DNA of 64,000 nt from Phoronis australis (taxonomy: Eukaryota > Animalia > Phoronida). A program made the translations under genes and the position numbers. Position 1 is the stretch's first letter. Each line of letters begins with the position of its first letter. Location of the stretch: assembly GCA_002633005.1 (NCBI GenBank), contig NMRA01000041.1:443140-507139 (forward strand), written 5' to 3'. Of the stretch, positions 51,001 through 64,000 are shown piece by piece. The notes under the pieces were generated by a model. The model had not been told where the DNA came from and did no database searches. It worked only from the letters and a program-made list of their open reading frames with translations.

Positions 51001-53440
51001 AATCAAATTTGCCTTTTAATTTCATTTTAATGAAGTTGTTTATTAAAACTAGTCTATGATTCTGGATGTTGTGTCCATACGTTGTATTATTACTTGTCTG
51101 AATAGAGATGATATGAGAAAAAGTCAGCAACAATGATAGAGATTCCACAAACTGTTTTGACTTGTCATTGCATAGAGTTTAAATTTTGTCATGATGAGTT
51201 TGGCTTACTTGTGAAAAATTTGAAAACCAATGCAATAAGTTTGAAGTGCAGTGTACTGAGAGATTAGTAATTTCTTAACCAAATTACAACATTTTGAATT
51301 TTTGGAACCAGGTCAATACACATTCCAATGCTTACAATAACTTCCCACAGTATTTACAGGAGCTTTCGAACACATGCATGAATTATATAACTCCACTCAA
51401 GTTTCAACTTCCAGCTGTGGAGAACACTGACTGGACTTGTCATGCGAGGACATGTGAGCTAACAACTTCATTGCAACTTTCTTCTTTTCCGTGTTCGCAT
51501 GCTTTGAAGTTTAAATTTACTCAATCAAGTAAATTCCACAGAGTTCTGGATATTTTTACAAATTCTGTCTTAAAAGACTAACTCTGTTTCTCTGATACCA
51601 ATCTCACTGTTCTGACCATATTGTGCGTATAGACTGACCATGTCAGTCAGTCAGTAAGATATTTTGCATAGGAGGTTCTCTTTGAATATGTTGTGTAATA
51701 ACTAATTGCCACAGCATGACAAAAATACACTACCAACAGCGACCAAGTTTGACGTGTCATTCAAACCAAAGACCTGATCTCTAGACTATACAGTTTCAAT
51801 GACTTACAAAAATTGTTACTGTACACTGTCAATAGAACAGTGGACTCTCATAAAGACACACAGTAACAGCGAGCAGGTAAGTCCCCAGGTTCTGTTGACC
51901 CAAAATCTAACCAGGCTTAGCTGTGACATGTGAGCTTATATTTCAATCTTCTTGAACACTGCACCTCTAGTGCACACCATATTAGTAAGCAGGCTAAAGA
52001 AAGGAGTACTGTGTACGTCATTACATAGTCATAGATGTCCTGGAACTCAGTCGAGGTTTGTAATGCAAACTCACCAGTGTGTAACACACATGACTTTCAA
52101 TCGGGGTCATTGTAATCCTGATCGAAAGTTAAGCTGTAGCCATTCACAACAATCGATCTGACAACACACTTGTCACGTACGTAGCTACGGAGTGGCGAGA
52201 TAGCGAACCTTGCCAAATTTACGGCGTATCTATGTAAGCGTCCAGAACTACATAATATCGTATGCAGTACTCCCATTTTCATGGGATATATCAGAGGTAT
52301 GATCTAAAGTATCGAAAAAGCTCTCATGCCAAGGGCCATGGCTATGTCTATGATATTTCGACTTTTCAGTCTCACTGTATAATCACAATCTGAGTACTGG
52401 CAGAAGAATTATTGAATTTAGAAATTAGTGGTCCCTGATTTTGATAACCAGACAACCACTAAGTAGCAGACATGTTTTTGGCGTGGATGAAACTGCTAGT
52501 GCAATGATCATCAATATTTTCTGCACTGGCTGACACTGAAAATTCATCTGATCAGTCAGATCAGGACAGAAGTTTAATTCTTAAATCATCAAATCAGCTG
52601 TTGATTAAGCACAACAAACAGGCACGTTTTGCAGTTACAAGGATAAACTAGATACCTACTTACCTCACAGGCTGACGTAAATGTATGAAATGTATACCGC
52701 TAACGGTTTTGCGCTTAAACACAGTTTCCGGTTAGCTGATCAGCGACACCTGTTGAAGAAAAGTTAACATACTGCTCTCAGCCAATCCTGCGTGCCGGGA
52801 ACAGTTTGAACGGTGGAAAATTCTGTGGAAGGTGACACTGTTTGGAAATTAGAGAGTGTTTAACCAATGACTACCAATTATTTGGTTTGACGAAAACAAC
52901 TCACGAGCGCAGAGCGAACCAAGACCGGCAGCGGGCGGGGCCCGGCCCGGCCCCCGGGCCGCTTGGCTCCGGATGGAATGAAATGTTTACATATGGGCAC
53001 GGCAGTATATATTTTTCTGAATCGTAGACGTATTTTTAATTTTCCTTTTTCAATTTAACGCTATCAAATGGACCTACACTTTGACAACGACACGACGTTG
53101 GACCGACGTCGGACTCAGCACCACATATGATTTCTCGCACCGCGTCGCAACCGCGTCGGCCCAATGTCAAACGTGCCCGACGCGCTGAGCCAACATTGGT
53201 CCGACGTCAAGACTGAAAAATACTCAAAGTAAGACGAATAGGTTGTCTTCTACACAGTGACTATAAAAACATAATATCACAAGCGTCGAATTTACTTGGA
53301 AGTGCAAAACAGGCTTTTAAAGGCAGTATCTCGTAGACCGCCGACCAACGTCGGACCAACGTCAAAAAACCGACCGCGACCTATCGACCTCGAGCCAACG
53401 AATGGCGACGTCGGCCCGATGTAGTGATATGCTATCTGGG
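48025..53440 (-). mobile_element. EnSpm/CACTA(CMC)-like element; other terminus probably in the gap
   Basis: Terminus TGCTATCTGGG (reverse complement CCCAGATAGCA) at 53440; dense ccgacgtcg/ccaacgtcg subterminal repeats at 48260-48445 and 53090-53420; minus-strand relic KYSGDRDGDRR at ~50310-50340. Confidence 0.65.
48977..49226. mobile_element. MITE
   Basis: TIRs ATGCGCGCACCC / GGGTGCGCGCAT, plus internal inverted gggggctcaaa/tttgagccccc. Confidence 0.7.
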
Positions 53441-53590
53441 TAACCGACACTAATTGTTAGGGCCAAAAGAAAAACGCAGCTGAAGAATGCAACACGCTGT
53501 GTGCTTAGCAGTTTCGGCCCACACTCCTTGGTCATAGTCGACTAGCAGAGCCTGCAAGTCAAGTAGCCGCTTAGAGACGGATACAGAGGC

Positions 53591-53608
53591 ATATATACAT
53601 ATACATAT

Positions 53609-53656
<48 letters not shown>
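53591..53656. repeat. (ATATAC)/(AC)n microsatellite ending at a contig break
   Basis: Read directly from the sequence. Confidence 0.98.
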
Positions 53657-53959
53657 NGACTAAACACGCCTGATGTACCGCAAAAGGCATCAGGCCACCT
53701 GCACCTTTTTATGCGTTGTTGTAAAATATTTGTATTTTACTGAGTATCCTTTTTATTCCTTGTAAACATTTCGTTCGTTCGTAGTATTAAAAGCGGTTTT
53801 TGCAAATTATTGCACTTGTTCAAAGTTAATAACTTTTTGAACTTACAAAAAACGACTAAATTTTACTCCAGTTGAGAGTTTGAGCAATACAATTTTCGTC
53901 TGCAATTTAACACCATAATCCAAGCATTATTCAGAATGGCTATTAGTCTAAATTTTTCA

Positions 53960-54230
53960 ATCAATGCAGACGTTGTCGTTATTTTGTGTGTTGAAGTTAC
54001 AGCTCAAGCAATCAGAATAAACAAAAATGTGGATGACATTAAAATATGGCAGGAAATTTTTAATATTTCACAGTATGCGGACGCCAAAACATTATTCTTG
54101 GGTGGTTCCAAAAGTTCTTTGAAAATTTCTCTATTATCTTTGTAAGAGGTTGAAGTGTCCGGTTTAAACATTGATTTCCATGTACCAAAAGTAAGGTGAA
54201 TGGGATCAATGAGAGAGTCTTATAGAAGGT
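53960..54230 (+). pseudogene. Decayed L1/Tx1 reverse transcriptase fragment
   Basis: ILCVEVTAQAIRINKNV..IKI...FNISQYADAKTLFLGGS..SL....SGLNI. A weaker downstream piece lies at ~56660-56790 (LRDLINDDGTILSLQSFRIKF). Confidence 0.8.
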
Positions 54231-54833
54231 TTTGTAAAGAAAATAATTTAAAATAATTATAATTGTATAACTGAATTCAACGCCCTAGGAACTCAATTGA
54301 AGAATGATCGTGATGATATCTCGCAAATAATTTCAAATAGTTCCCACCATGCCCCTGTGTCTCAAAAAGGATTTGTATTCCTGTTGCTAAGAAACAAGCC
54401 AACAACTTTATTAAAATAATATTTTTCTGTTATCGGGGCTGTCGTGAAGAAAACCCGCGAAGAGCCCCCTTTTTCAGCTATGAAGAGGCACGTTTGTGAA
54501 GGCTGTAGTAACAGCAAGTTGACTGAGCACTTCTCTGTGCTAAAATGTCTTTAATACGTGGAATTTGCACAGGCATGGTTTCGGTTTGTGTGCCGTACGA
54601 GAGTGTGGAATGTCAGTGTGGAATGTGCGTTTCACCGAGTCGAGTGCCACACTTTATTCGACACCTTTCAAGGAATTCTGTTTCGACCACACACAAAACG
54701 GCGTTGCGATGAAGGACTTGCCACCTTGGAAGTTTGCAAATTTTATAAATAACGAGTAAACTTCTTCCGTTTTAGGGCGAGTGATGCCAGTCCCTCAGTC
54801 TACCCCCGCCCAGATCGAGTGGTACGACAAGTA

Positions 54834-56005
54834 CAGCCGATTTCATAAAGGTGGTTTAAAGTTAAACCTGGTTTAAACTGGACTTAGACCAGGTTTAATG
54901 ATAATCTGCATTTCATAAAGGTGGTTTAACTTTTAGACCAGTGGTCTTGTAAAACCTGGTTTAACTCCAGTTTAGACCTGATCTATGTCAGTTTTCATTT
55001 CACCAACGAGGTCTATATCCTTTAGACCTGTATTAAGATCTTAAACTATGTTTAACTTTAGATTTGGTCAGACCCAGGTTTAACTGTTAAATATGTCAGA
55101 CTTGCATGGTATAGGTACAACTGAACGATGCCGCGGTGTGCAATTGCGACGCAGTTTTAGAGCGAAAATGGACTATTTCCAATATTCAGGTTTACTACGA
55201 CACGAGATCAAACGTAGCAGGGGCAGATCCAGGATTTTTTAAAGGGGAGCGGACGGTCAAGGACTTTTTGAAAGGGGGACCAAGTCAACAATTTGAAAAT
55301 TATAGATTTGATATAATTAAAATCAAGGGAAAAGGGGGCTCCGGACCCCTTGACCCCCCTGGATCCGCCTATGCGTAGACCAGTACGTGCTGGAGTGTGT
55401 CCTGCGGATTCCTCAGAATACGACTGGTCGAGCAGGTCTCATCGTCGCAAGCCCTACGGATTTGACTTAAGATAGCATCCTCTGATTCTTCTGACTGAGT
55501 TCCACCTCCACTGTTCTCCGATTCAATGTTGCCGGGAAGGGTCTTGACCCCCCCCTTTGGCCGCTAAAAATAAACACTAAAATAACACGGAAATAAATTT
55601 GGGCATTTATCATTTTACATCTAATCATCAGCATGTTCTTTAATGTGTGTGTGTTGGGCACACAAATAACATTTTTCCTCATGAGAAAAGCTTTTAGACA
55701 TTTGTCGCTAATGTCTGCACTGATTCTACTGGTGTATGCCATTCTATACCCACGTGATCAAGGTTTCATTGAAACACTTCAATAGTTTCTTTGTTGGGTT
55801 TACCCAGCTCGACACAGTTGGGTGCCTTTGATACTGTAAACCTGGTTCTACTGAACCAGATCCCTGGTCTAGCAAAACCAGGCTTTCAGACTTTTAAACC
55901 ATGTTGGTGAAATGCAAGTTAGGTTTAAAATTTAAACCAGGTTTAGGAAGACCAGGTTTAAGTCTTAAACCTGGTTTTGTTAAACCACCTTTATGAAATC
56001 GGCTG
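54834..56005. mobile_element. Non-autonomous PIF/Harbinger-like element
   Basis: Perfect 26-bp TIR CAGCCGATTTCATAAAGGTGGTTTAA; 3-bp flanking duplication GTA; subterminal aaacctggttt/aaaccaggttt arrays. Confidence 0.88.
55218..55373. mobile_element. 156-bp MITE nested in the Harbinger-like element
   Basis: TIRs CAGGGGCAGATCCAGG / CCTGGATCCGCCTATG; 5-bp TSD CGTAG. Confidence 0.85.
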
Positions 56006-59000
56006 GTAGAGTTTTGCATTGTGTTTAGACCGTGCTCCACAAAGATACAAGTAACCCATGATTGCTGTGACTTTTTTTGGTCGGTGATTATTAAGAATCT
56101 GTTTTGTGAATATTGACCACCCCTTGGTTTAGTTAGTTGTGGCTCACAAATGTTTGCAGCATTTATCGTGCAAGTGGATGGAGCTCGGCATTAAAACCGA
56201 CGAAAGTTCGTTAAGTGGAAAATCTAATTCATTGTCAGATTCTTTAAGTGCATGAGCGTGATGCCTGAATTCACTCTTACATGTATCTCTATCTGCACAA
56301 TAATTGTCTAGTTCTCGCTCAAAATCGTCCTTGACTTCTGACCTGCTGTATTCCGCCACTGCAACTGATTGTCAGGTGACCAAAAGTCTTCCACCCATTA
56401 CATCATTTCGCGGAAAATTTGGAAATAACTAATTTTTAAAAAGTCACGAGTACTTGGCATAAAGATTAATATATATTTAGTTACATTTCGTGGCAGTCAT
56501 TTCGTATTAGCCAACTGCACCTTCAAAAACGAAGAAAATGCATGGGGGAAACTCTTTAAACCAAAAAATTAGATTCAAATGAAAAATTTGCTAAGAACTT
56601 AGAGTTGTATTGCCTTGACACTAATAGGGAAATTACATTAATTAAAACATTAGCTCTGCCAAAAATCACGCATTAAATTTGCTTTATTCAACAGTCGTAT
56701 AAGAAAGGTTTTGAGAACACTGCGAGATTTAATAAATGATGATGGAACAATTCTGAGTTTACAATCATTTAGGATAAAATTTGGTTAGATACCCGTTATA
56801 GACCTAATTTACGTCGACTGTAGGCGGTTTCCAGAACTAGGCTCGCTACGATAGCTCCGTTGGCTTATCGGCATTGTTGTATTCCGCGTTACTCGAGCGG
56901 TTAGAAGAAAAATACGGATACTCAACTGTCTGTTTTACAATCCCTCAGGACGTTGAGATTCGGAAGCGTCGGGACGTTGACATACGCCGCGACGAAGAAA
57001 AATATGTCAGTGTAAAATTTATAAATATTTTAGACAAGTTTGATTAGTTTTGTCGCATCTCGGATGCCGAGCGTCATGGCTAACCAGGCGGTCTTATCAT
57101 GACTTCATGTTGAATCATGGTGCATTTTTCTTTCCAAAAAGGACATGGCCCTCAATCCCTGGGTTTTGGGGCCGAATATCGGCCCTATTCCCCTCTCAAA
57201 AATATTAAATATTATACGAAATTCCCCCCTCGACGTCTAAAAACTCCCCTAGTGAATGAAAAATTCTCACACACAAAATACTACTTGCCACAGAGCCTAT
57301 GAGAGCTTGCAACAGGGAGGGGTTGCTATTTCTGGTGATCGGGAGGCACATGTTTCCCCTCACTCGCCAAAAAGTTCACCTCTCAGAAGGCACAAGCACC
57401 GTCCCCTCGTTTGAACGAGGCCCGCCCCTGAAGAAACATGATAATTATGCTTGTTCTGTCCAATTAACTGAAAGTGAGCTCTAAATGAGGTTATGCTTTG
57501 GACGAACGAATAAGGTGTTTTAATTTTAAAATTCAATTTAGTCTATATTGATATTTGAAGCCTTACACATGAAATAGACGTAAGAATTATTAAAACCAAG
57601 ATAGCAGAATTTATGGTCAAATAATTTTTATTTTCAATTACGAGCCTGTTTTTTATTTTAATAAAAATACATCTAATAACACCAATTATTCTGTAAGATC
57701 AATGACAAATCAACTGTTAGTCCCGGTATTCCCTAATTCACCAGGACCTAGTTTATGCTTGATGTTAAGAGCTTGTCCACGAGAGCACCAGCCACCCAGC
57801 GGCAAGGTGGGGGTCAGCCGATTGTCACCAAATTTGACACATACATGTAGGTAGTCCTATGAGATATATAAACAGTGGTAAAATATTTCCCCAAAATATT
57901 ACGTTCTACTTACGTTATAGGCTCTAACATATTTCACGGCTTCGCAGCCATGTTTTCACGCTGTAATAACTGTCCAGTTTTAACTGTTTACACTTTTCCT
58001 TGGATGAAAGCTATTGAACTATAATTCATTTGGCATTGTTAAGTGGTGCCTGTAGATTGTTACACAGATGTCTTGAACAAAATCCGATTTACCAGTTAGT
58101 AGTTTTACTACACTGCCCCCCCGTTTTCCCATTTTGAGGTTATGTTCAAAACACTGCTATACCAAATCTTCCCCCGCTGCTATGAGAATGAAACTTGGCC
58201 AAAATGTTGACAAAACATGTTTCTTTCATTGTATAAAATAAAAACGTTGTCAGCCAGTTTATTAGTTACACATTTTGGCACCTCAAATGTACTAAAATGA
58301 GAAATTTTCAAATATGTGATACACCGTTGCGTGAGCAGGTAAATTGGATTGTCTAAATGTTTTTCGATATTTTGCAATGAGTTTGTTCCTTCTGAATGTT
58401 TTGAATGTTTTACTACTTACCACCCAGAACTACTGTACCCCTAGATACCATACACTGCTCCATTTTTTGAAAAGCCGATTATGTCCTCCCCAGTCAACAG
58501 AGTTAGATACGACAACAGTGTAGGTTATTTTGATTTACAGTTGATATGCTTTGCAATTTCTTCATGGGTATTTCTTCACACCTATTCAAGTCAGATTTTC
58601 TGTTGATCAAACGTTCATGCAACGTATTGTAATATCAAATGAATGATAAGTGTAGTGGCATGACGACATAAAACAAAATGCCGCAGAAATTTTGCTGACG
58701 AAATACCGGGTTTGCAGTTCTCTAAAACACTTAAATGACAAGACAAACTCCACCACTGTCCATGGCAACTCGTTGCATGTATATCGCCCATCGGTCGTAT
58801 CATTGTTTTCCTTTGTTTTGTCATTGTGGGATATAATAACACAGGTCGCATGGATATAAAAGCTTGGGCGCACACCAGACCGTTGCAGATAACTTCTTGT
58901 CATTATCTTTACTATAACAACAGGAACAATGACGATGCTAATCTATGCGACCAGGTTTCCCGTGGATGACCGCAGAACGGGAATCCCAAAGTATCCACAA

Positions 59001-60589
59001 AAACTTATCATGCACCTCAGTAACTCTTACAGCGCACACGAATCCATTCCGTGGAACCTAAACACCATTTTGATATTCATGTATTGTGTTTCATTGCTCA
59101 TGGTACGGTACGGTTCAGGTTCCCTTGTATTAAGATATCAGTTCCCAACCCTGTAATACGTACTTTGAGTAAAATTTCTAGACAATGAAGTTGATGGATT
59201 TATTCTCTTAAATGAAGAGTAAACATCAAATTCTGCACTGGTTTTTCAAAAGCAGTCACACATCTAAAAAGTAAATCCATGTTTGACATTTTTTTTCTTT
59301 ATCTCATTTAAAAGTTGTCTACCTCACAGGCGCCACATCTATGTTGAAAATATTCCTTGTGAAAATATATAAAAGACCAACCAGAGACTGTATACTACAA
59401 AATATGTTTTCATAATAGCCTACAGTCAAAAGTGCAAATGTTATGACTGTAACAAACTGGCTTCTTCATCTTTTCAACACTCGAATTGCTAGAGGACAGA
59501 GTCAATCACAGAAACCCCATAAAGTGAATAAATTACATTTAAGGTGATGTAGTCTCACTGCGAGAAAGGGATTTTGCAATGTCAATGGCAACACTGTAAA
59601 TTTCTTCTTCACAACTTGAGGTAGCTGTATCTACCACATCAGTATTCTTATCAAAAATAACCACCACAAAATGAAAAATTGGCTTGTCGGTTCCAATTAG
59701 ACAGCATTTTTACAATGAAATGGTCATGGAAAAAATACTTTTGCAAAATGGAATGAATTACAGTTGCCGTGCGATTACAGTTGTACATACGTACTAGACC
59801 AGTTACAAAATTATTCATGGGAACCATAAAATGGTCAATTCACCAAAAACCAAGGAATCACCAGGTCTAATGTGCTAATACTTTTCAGTACTGCAACAAA
59901 ATCATTTGAAGTGGACATAAACCCGCCTACTATCACATCAAACAACTTTTGATTTAGACAACTTACCATCATGAAACAGGCATTTTTTCCTCGTCACTTC
60001 TGACCAATTTCAGGATTTCGAGAGAACTGGCAATATGCATTTGCTAGAGACCAGGCTCTATAAGATGGCTTGTCTAACACTGTGTGATTTTATGCACACA
60101 GCATGGTCTAGAGGAATAGCAAACTGTCAATTTGCTGCAACTCCAGAAATCACTTCCCATCTGCATAAGGAACATGTTGAGAAAAGCTTATAGAGGTAAA
60201 TGATCTAAATCAAAACTTTACCTCCTGGAAGGAATGTAGGTTTAAAACCAGCCTAATTGCAACAGGGGCTGGAATATTATTAATAAATACTCGTTTACAA
60301 ACAAAAATCTATAATGGTAAATAAAATGCGGAAACACAACTTCAGATCAATTTCACAATTTCAAGGAAAAGAAACAGTATAGTGGTCAGAAATCACGAAA
60401 CAAACGTCTAAATGTTTTGGCCACTCTGAAAATTCCTATCAGACCAAAAAATCCAGTGGCTAAACAAAAAGAATAATGTACCCATTACCATGTGGCTGTA
60501 CCAACATAATCCACTGGTCCAGGATCATGAGTAGTGTCTGGACAAAAAATCAGTACAGGTAAATTTAGATTTGTCCTGTTTACACAGCA

Positions 60590-61950
60590 GTTCTGGTGCA
60601 AGCAAAGCTTGCAACAATACACAAGCCTACTTCCCTACAGAGCTGTGCTGACATAATAATACCACCATTGGATTTAGCTGATCTGCCAAAATATTTACAG
60701 GTCCAGCAATTGTACTGTTTCATCCCTTTGAATTTTTACAATGCTACACCCTTGACAATCTTAAAGTTCAGATTGTCTCTTTCCAATTCATACTCCACTT
60801 CCTCTGTCATATCTTCTATATCCAACTGTCCCCGTTTCCCCACAGTTGCTGAGCGTGGTCTATCTCAACAAATTACTTTGGACCTGTTGTGGTACAAGTC
60901 AGTAATCTTTGGCAAATACTTTTCCCCGACTCGTTCCTCATCTTCTGTGAGTAGACTTTTCGGCCTCACTCTAGCCCCCTCACTTAGTTGTCCAGAAAGG
61001 TATCTTCTTGCTGGTTTTGAACTTTTCCATACCCAACCTTCAACAGGGTTCCAACTTCAGCAGAAGCCACTTCTTCAGAATAAGTCTTTTCTCATTCCTA
61101 AAATTGCATTAATAAAAAATATAAACATGTTAAATTTAATGTGGCCAATTCGGCTCAGGAAACATAAACACCAAGGTAAAGTGAAGGCATCACAAATAAA
61201 TCATTCAGATTTTATTATAAAAATTTATCAAATGAATTTCTATGTACCTGCAAGAAGGACAAAGGTATAAAACAGAAGTATGGCACATTACATGTAGAAA
61301 ATATTGAGATCTATTTAAATTATCAGCGCTACCTATGTGTCAGTGTTCATTGTGAAATGCATGAGTTGTGCACTACATTTCTCTTAATAACATTGAAACA
61401 TAAAACAATTGACCGATTTTAAGCAAATACGAAATTTGTTACAGATTTTCATTAAATCAGCCTGCTTCGTCTGGCAGCTTCTGCATATTCCTGAAAATTC
61501 GTAGTCATATTAATTCAGCTGTATTGGAAATATCTTCTGGTGCATTTTCACCATCATAGGCTATAGGGATCAATCAAATAAAAACTACAACGCCTTAATA
61601 GAGGTGGTTACTCTAATGTGCTTGAGTAGCAGCCACTGTATAATATGTATTTGCTATGCAATTTCTAGCAAAATCATCCAAAATCCTCAATACAACCGTT
61701 CAAGATCTCCCCAGCCAAGTTCACTACTATTCTGGTTGTTTATTACACAGAACAGTAGATGGCAGCTGATATGACTCCAAAAATTGAGCAATACCATTCG
61801 GCACTTCACACAAGCCCATCTTCATGATGACCACAAAAAAGTTAACCATTTCAACATGACAGATTTTCAAACAAACATCTGACTTGTGTAATTGTGTTTT
61901 TGTAATCCATTGCATACATAGCATACATTATCTTTCATGCACAAGTAAGA
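60590..61950 (-). pseudogene. Decayed MULE/MuDR-like transposase relic with SWIM-like finger
   Basis: Minus-strand frames give MYAMDY..., INNQNSSELGWGDLER (resembles TNN..E..W..L), a mostly open acidic segment at 60660-61050 with stops, and NCWTCKYF...(frameshift)LCQH. Confidence 0.5.
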
Positions 61951-64000
61951 AATGAAAACCATATGTTCGGTATTCTCAATAAATATTGTGGAAACCTCAC
62001 AACAGTCATTGAATACTTTTGTTATTTTACCCTAAAATTCATAAATACACCGCTTTTTAGCAATAATATGAGGTAAACAGGAATTTTTAACTCTACTGCA
62101 AATTCAGCATGCATAAAACAACACCGGACTCCTTTACGTGGTTAACAGATCAATTATCCCTTCATGTCAAAGGGATAATTTGGGGGGCGTATGGGTCATG
62201 TTAAAGTTCGTGTCTTTTTATTCCAATATTGGGAGGATGCATTTTGATGTGCGACTTGCCTCACCGATGAGTGATTGATCAAAACTGTGAACTGCGCATT
62301 AGGCATATATCAATTCAACTTTATTGAGTTACGTTCCATTCTTTAGGCTAACCAACTTTGTAAGATTCACTAGTTGCAAAATTATAACTTAAGAGCGATT
62401 CCATATAAAAACCATATAGTGGGCCATATATGCAAAATCACCATTTTTTGAAACTTAGCACATCAGCTGGCCTTGTCATAAGAAACCTGAGCCTGTATTT
62501 TTAAGAGTTTCCGAGTTTTTTATCACTTTTACGACCTCTTTGTACTTTTTCTGAAAAATAGCAAATAATAGTACTTGGAAGTAGGTGACTTTTTGTCAGC
62601 AACAACACATCATCGCTTCTCGCTATAGAAAATATAACTATATAGCAGAAAGAAGAAAGAATAACGTACAAGAAAAACTAGTTCGGATGAATTTATTGAT
62701 TTTTTATGTCCTAACATTTTAGCCTACAAAAATATCATTTTCACTGCTTATTATTAAGGCTATTTTTACGCATTTTTATCACTCTCCCAAATCTATATCG
62801 GATTTTTTTGGAACATGAGTTCACTTCCATCTGTTATTGCTGTCTTTGTTCATCCCAACGCAAGAATAAAGAATCTTGTCTCTTTCATAGTTTATGAGCA
62901 GTCAGTTTTTTACATAACTTACTTCTGCCAATCTGTGATTGTCAGTTTGATTAAAAGAATCTAGGAGGCGCTACTCGAATGTGCAATTATCTATCGACCA
63001 AGACGCCAAATAGAACAAACATCATTCGTTTTGCTACATCAGTGACGACGGAGATCATGGGAAGCTGTATGAGAGATTTTTTCTTCGTGGATTTTCAGTT
63101 TTGATGGTGCAAAAATAAAAATTTGTTATAGTATTACAGAAATCAAAAAAGTCATTTTTAATGTACTTATGAGTTAATAATACAACCCCATCACCATCTC
63201 CTACTTCAGAGGAGCAGGTTTTATTCTTATTAAGGGTGCCCATTACCCATTCCATGGCCAGTTTTTAAACACCGTAATTGACTAAGAATCCCACGTACTG
63301 CCTGCAGTGCATGTTGGTCCATTTTCAGACCTCCTAGACAAATCCTTGTGTAGGCGCTTGAAAAAGTCCTCTCAAACTATTAGCAAAGTTCATACTAAAA
63401 CTAATCAAGATCTTCGAGATCACACGTGAAAAGAGGACGGTGGATACGAGCAGAAGTGTCGTGTTATTAGACATACAAAGTGTCACGCAATGCTTCTTGT
63501 ACTACACAAAAGCGGCCGAGCATGGTGCTCCAGTGGAATTTGCAATTTCAGAAAAATATCAGGTACGAATATTTACGATTGAAAACATAATACTTTCAGT
63601 GATATCCAAGATACCGGCTTTCCAAACCAGTATATAAAAGCAATTGGGTGTTGTTGCGACTTAGCAGCTAAAAGTTTCACAATATGTAAATTCGGTTCAT
63701 GCAGCGGACTGAAAACCACAGTTTCTTGAGAGTATGTTAGGTTTAGTGTATGATACATTTCTACACAACACTTCAAAAAACTGCATTTTGTTTGAAGAAA
63801 ATAAGAGCTACTGAAACACAAAGTCTTTTATCTTGCTCAGTACACATGTCTAAGATAGACGTTTCCCAAAACTAAATAATCATTCCTTTAAAAATCTCAA
63901 TAGTTCCAATAGAACCAATCATGTAAAAAGTATGCTTTACGAGTCTCAAACTGAACATAAAACAAAAGACGCTAGTAAAAAGTGACAGAAGAATTCAACG

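Noticed and set aside
56144-56359. Acidic 71-aa minus-strand ORF
   Set aside because: No domain or splice support, and it lies among LINE relics.
57764-58560. Helentron/HINE-like repeat
   Set aside because: The composition is suggestive (aaatttgacac, gaaacttggc) but I could not verify termini or hairpins.
60596-61270. 224-aa plus-strand ORF
   Set aside because: Non-ATG start and no domain motif; better explained as the shadow of a minus-strand relic.

Overview
Eukaryotic DNA, most likely from a non-vertebrate metazoan (spliceosomal GT-AG introns, animal TE families, frequent TACATGTA); there are no prokaryotic features. The window is dominated by repeats. It opens with a decayed minus-strand LINE (ORF1 plus APE endonuclease, RTEX-like). 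A ~9.3 kb decamer minisatellite (GGCCAGTGGA) follows, split by a CR1-like LINE that itself carries a TTAA-flanked Kolobok-type element. The rest contains many nested DNA transposons (Kolobok, Academ, P/THAP, Harbinger-like, EnSpm-like, MULE-like) plus Gypsy and L1/Tx1 relics. One host gene can be assembled by hand from seven phase-compatible exons at 17278-28385 (+): signal peptide, Sushi/CCP, a non-canonical C-type lectin, an unassigned domain and a possibly frameshifted PAN-like tail. The ORF track shows it only in pieces. The most unusual non-coding items are tRNA-like heads enclosed by inverted repeats or hairpins, and a long hairpin with two tandem G.A mismatches. There are assembly gaps at 43707, 47044-48024 and 53657, and a near-identical 1.6 kb duplication that is probably an assembly artefact. 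I cannot show a new biological system from the sequence alone; candidates are ranked in the findings. All family assignments come from motif recognition, not from database searches.
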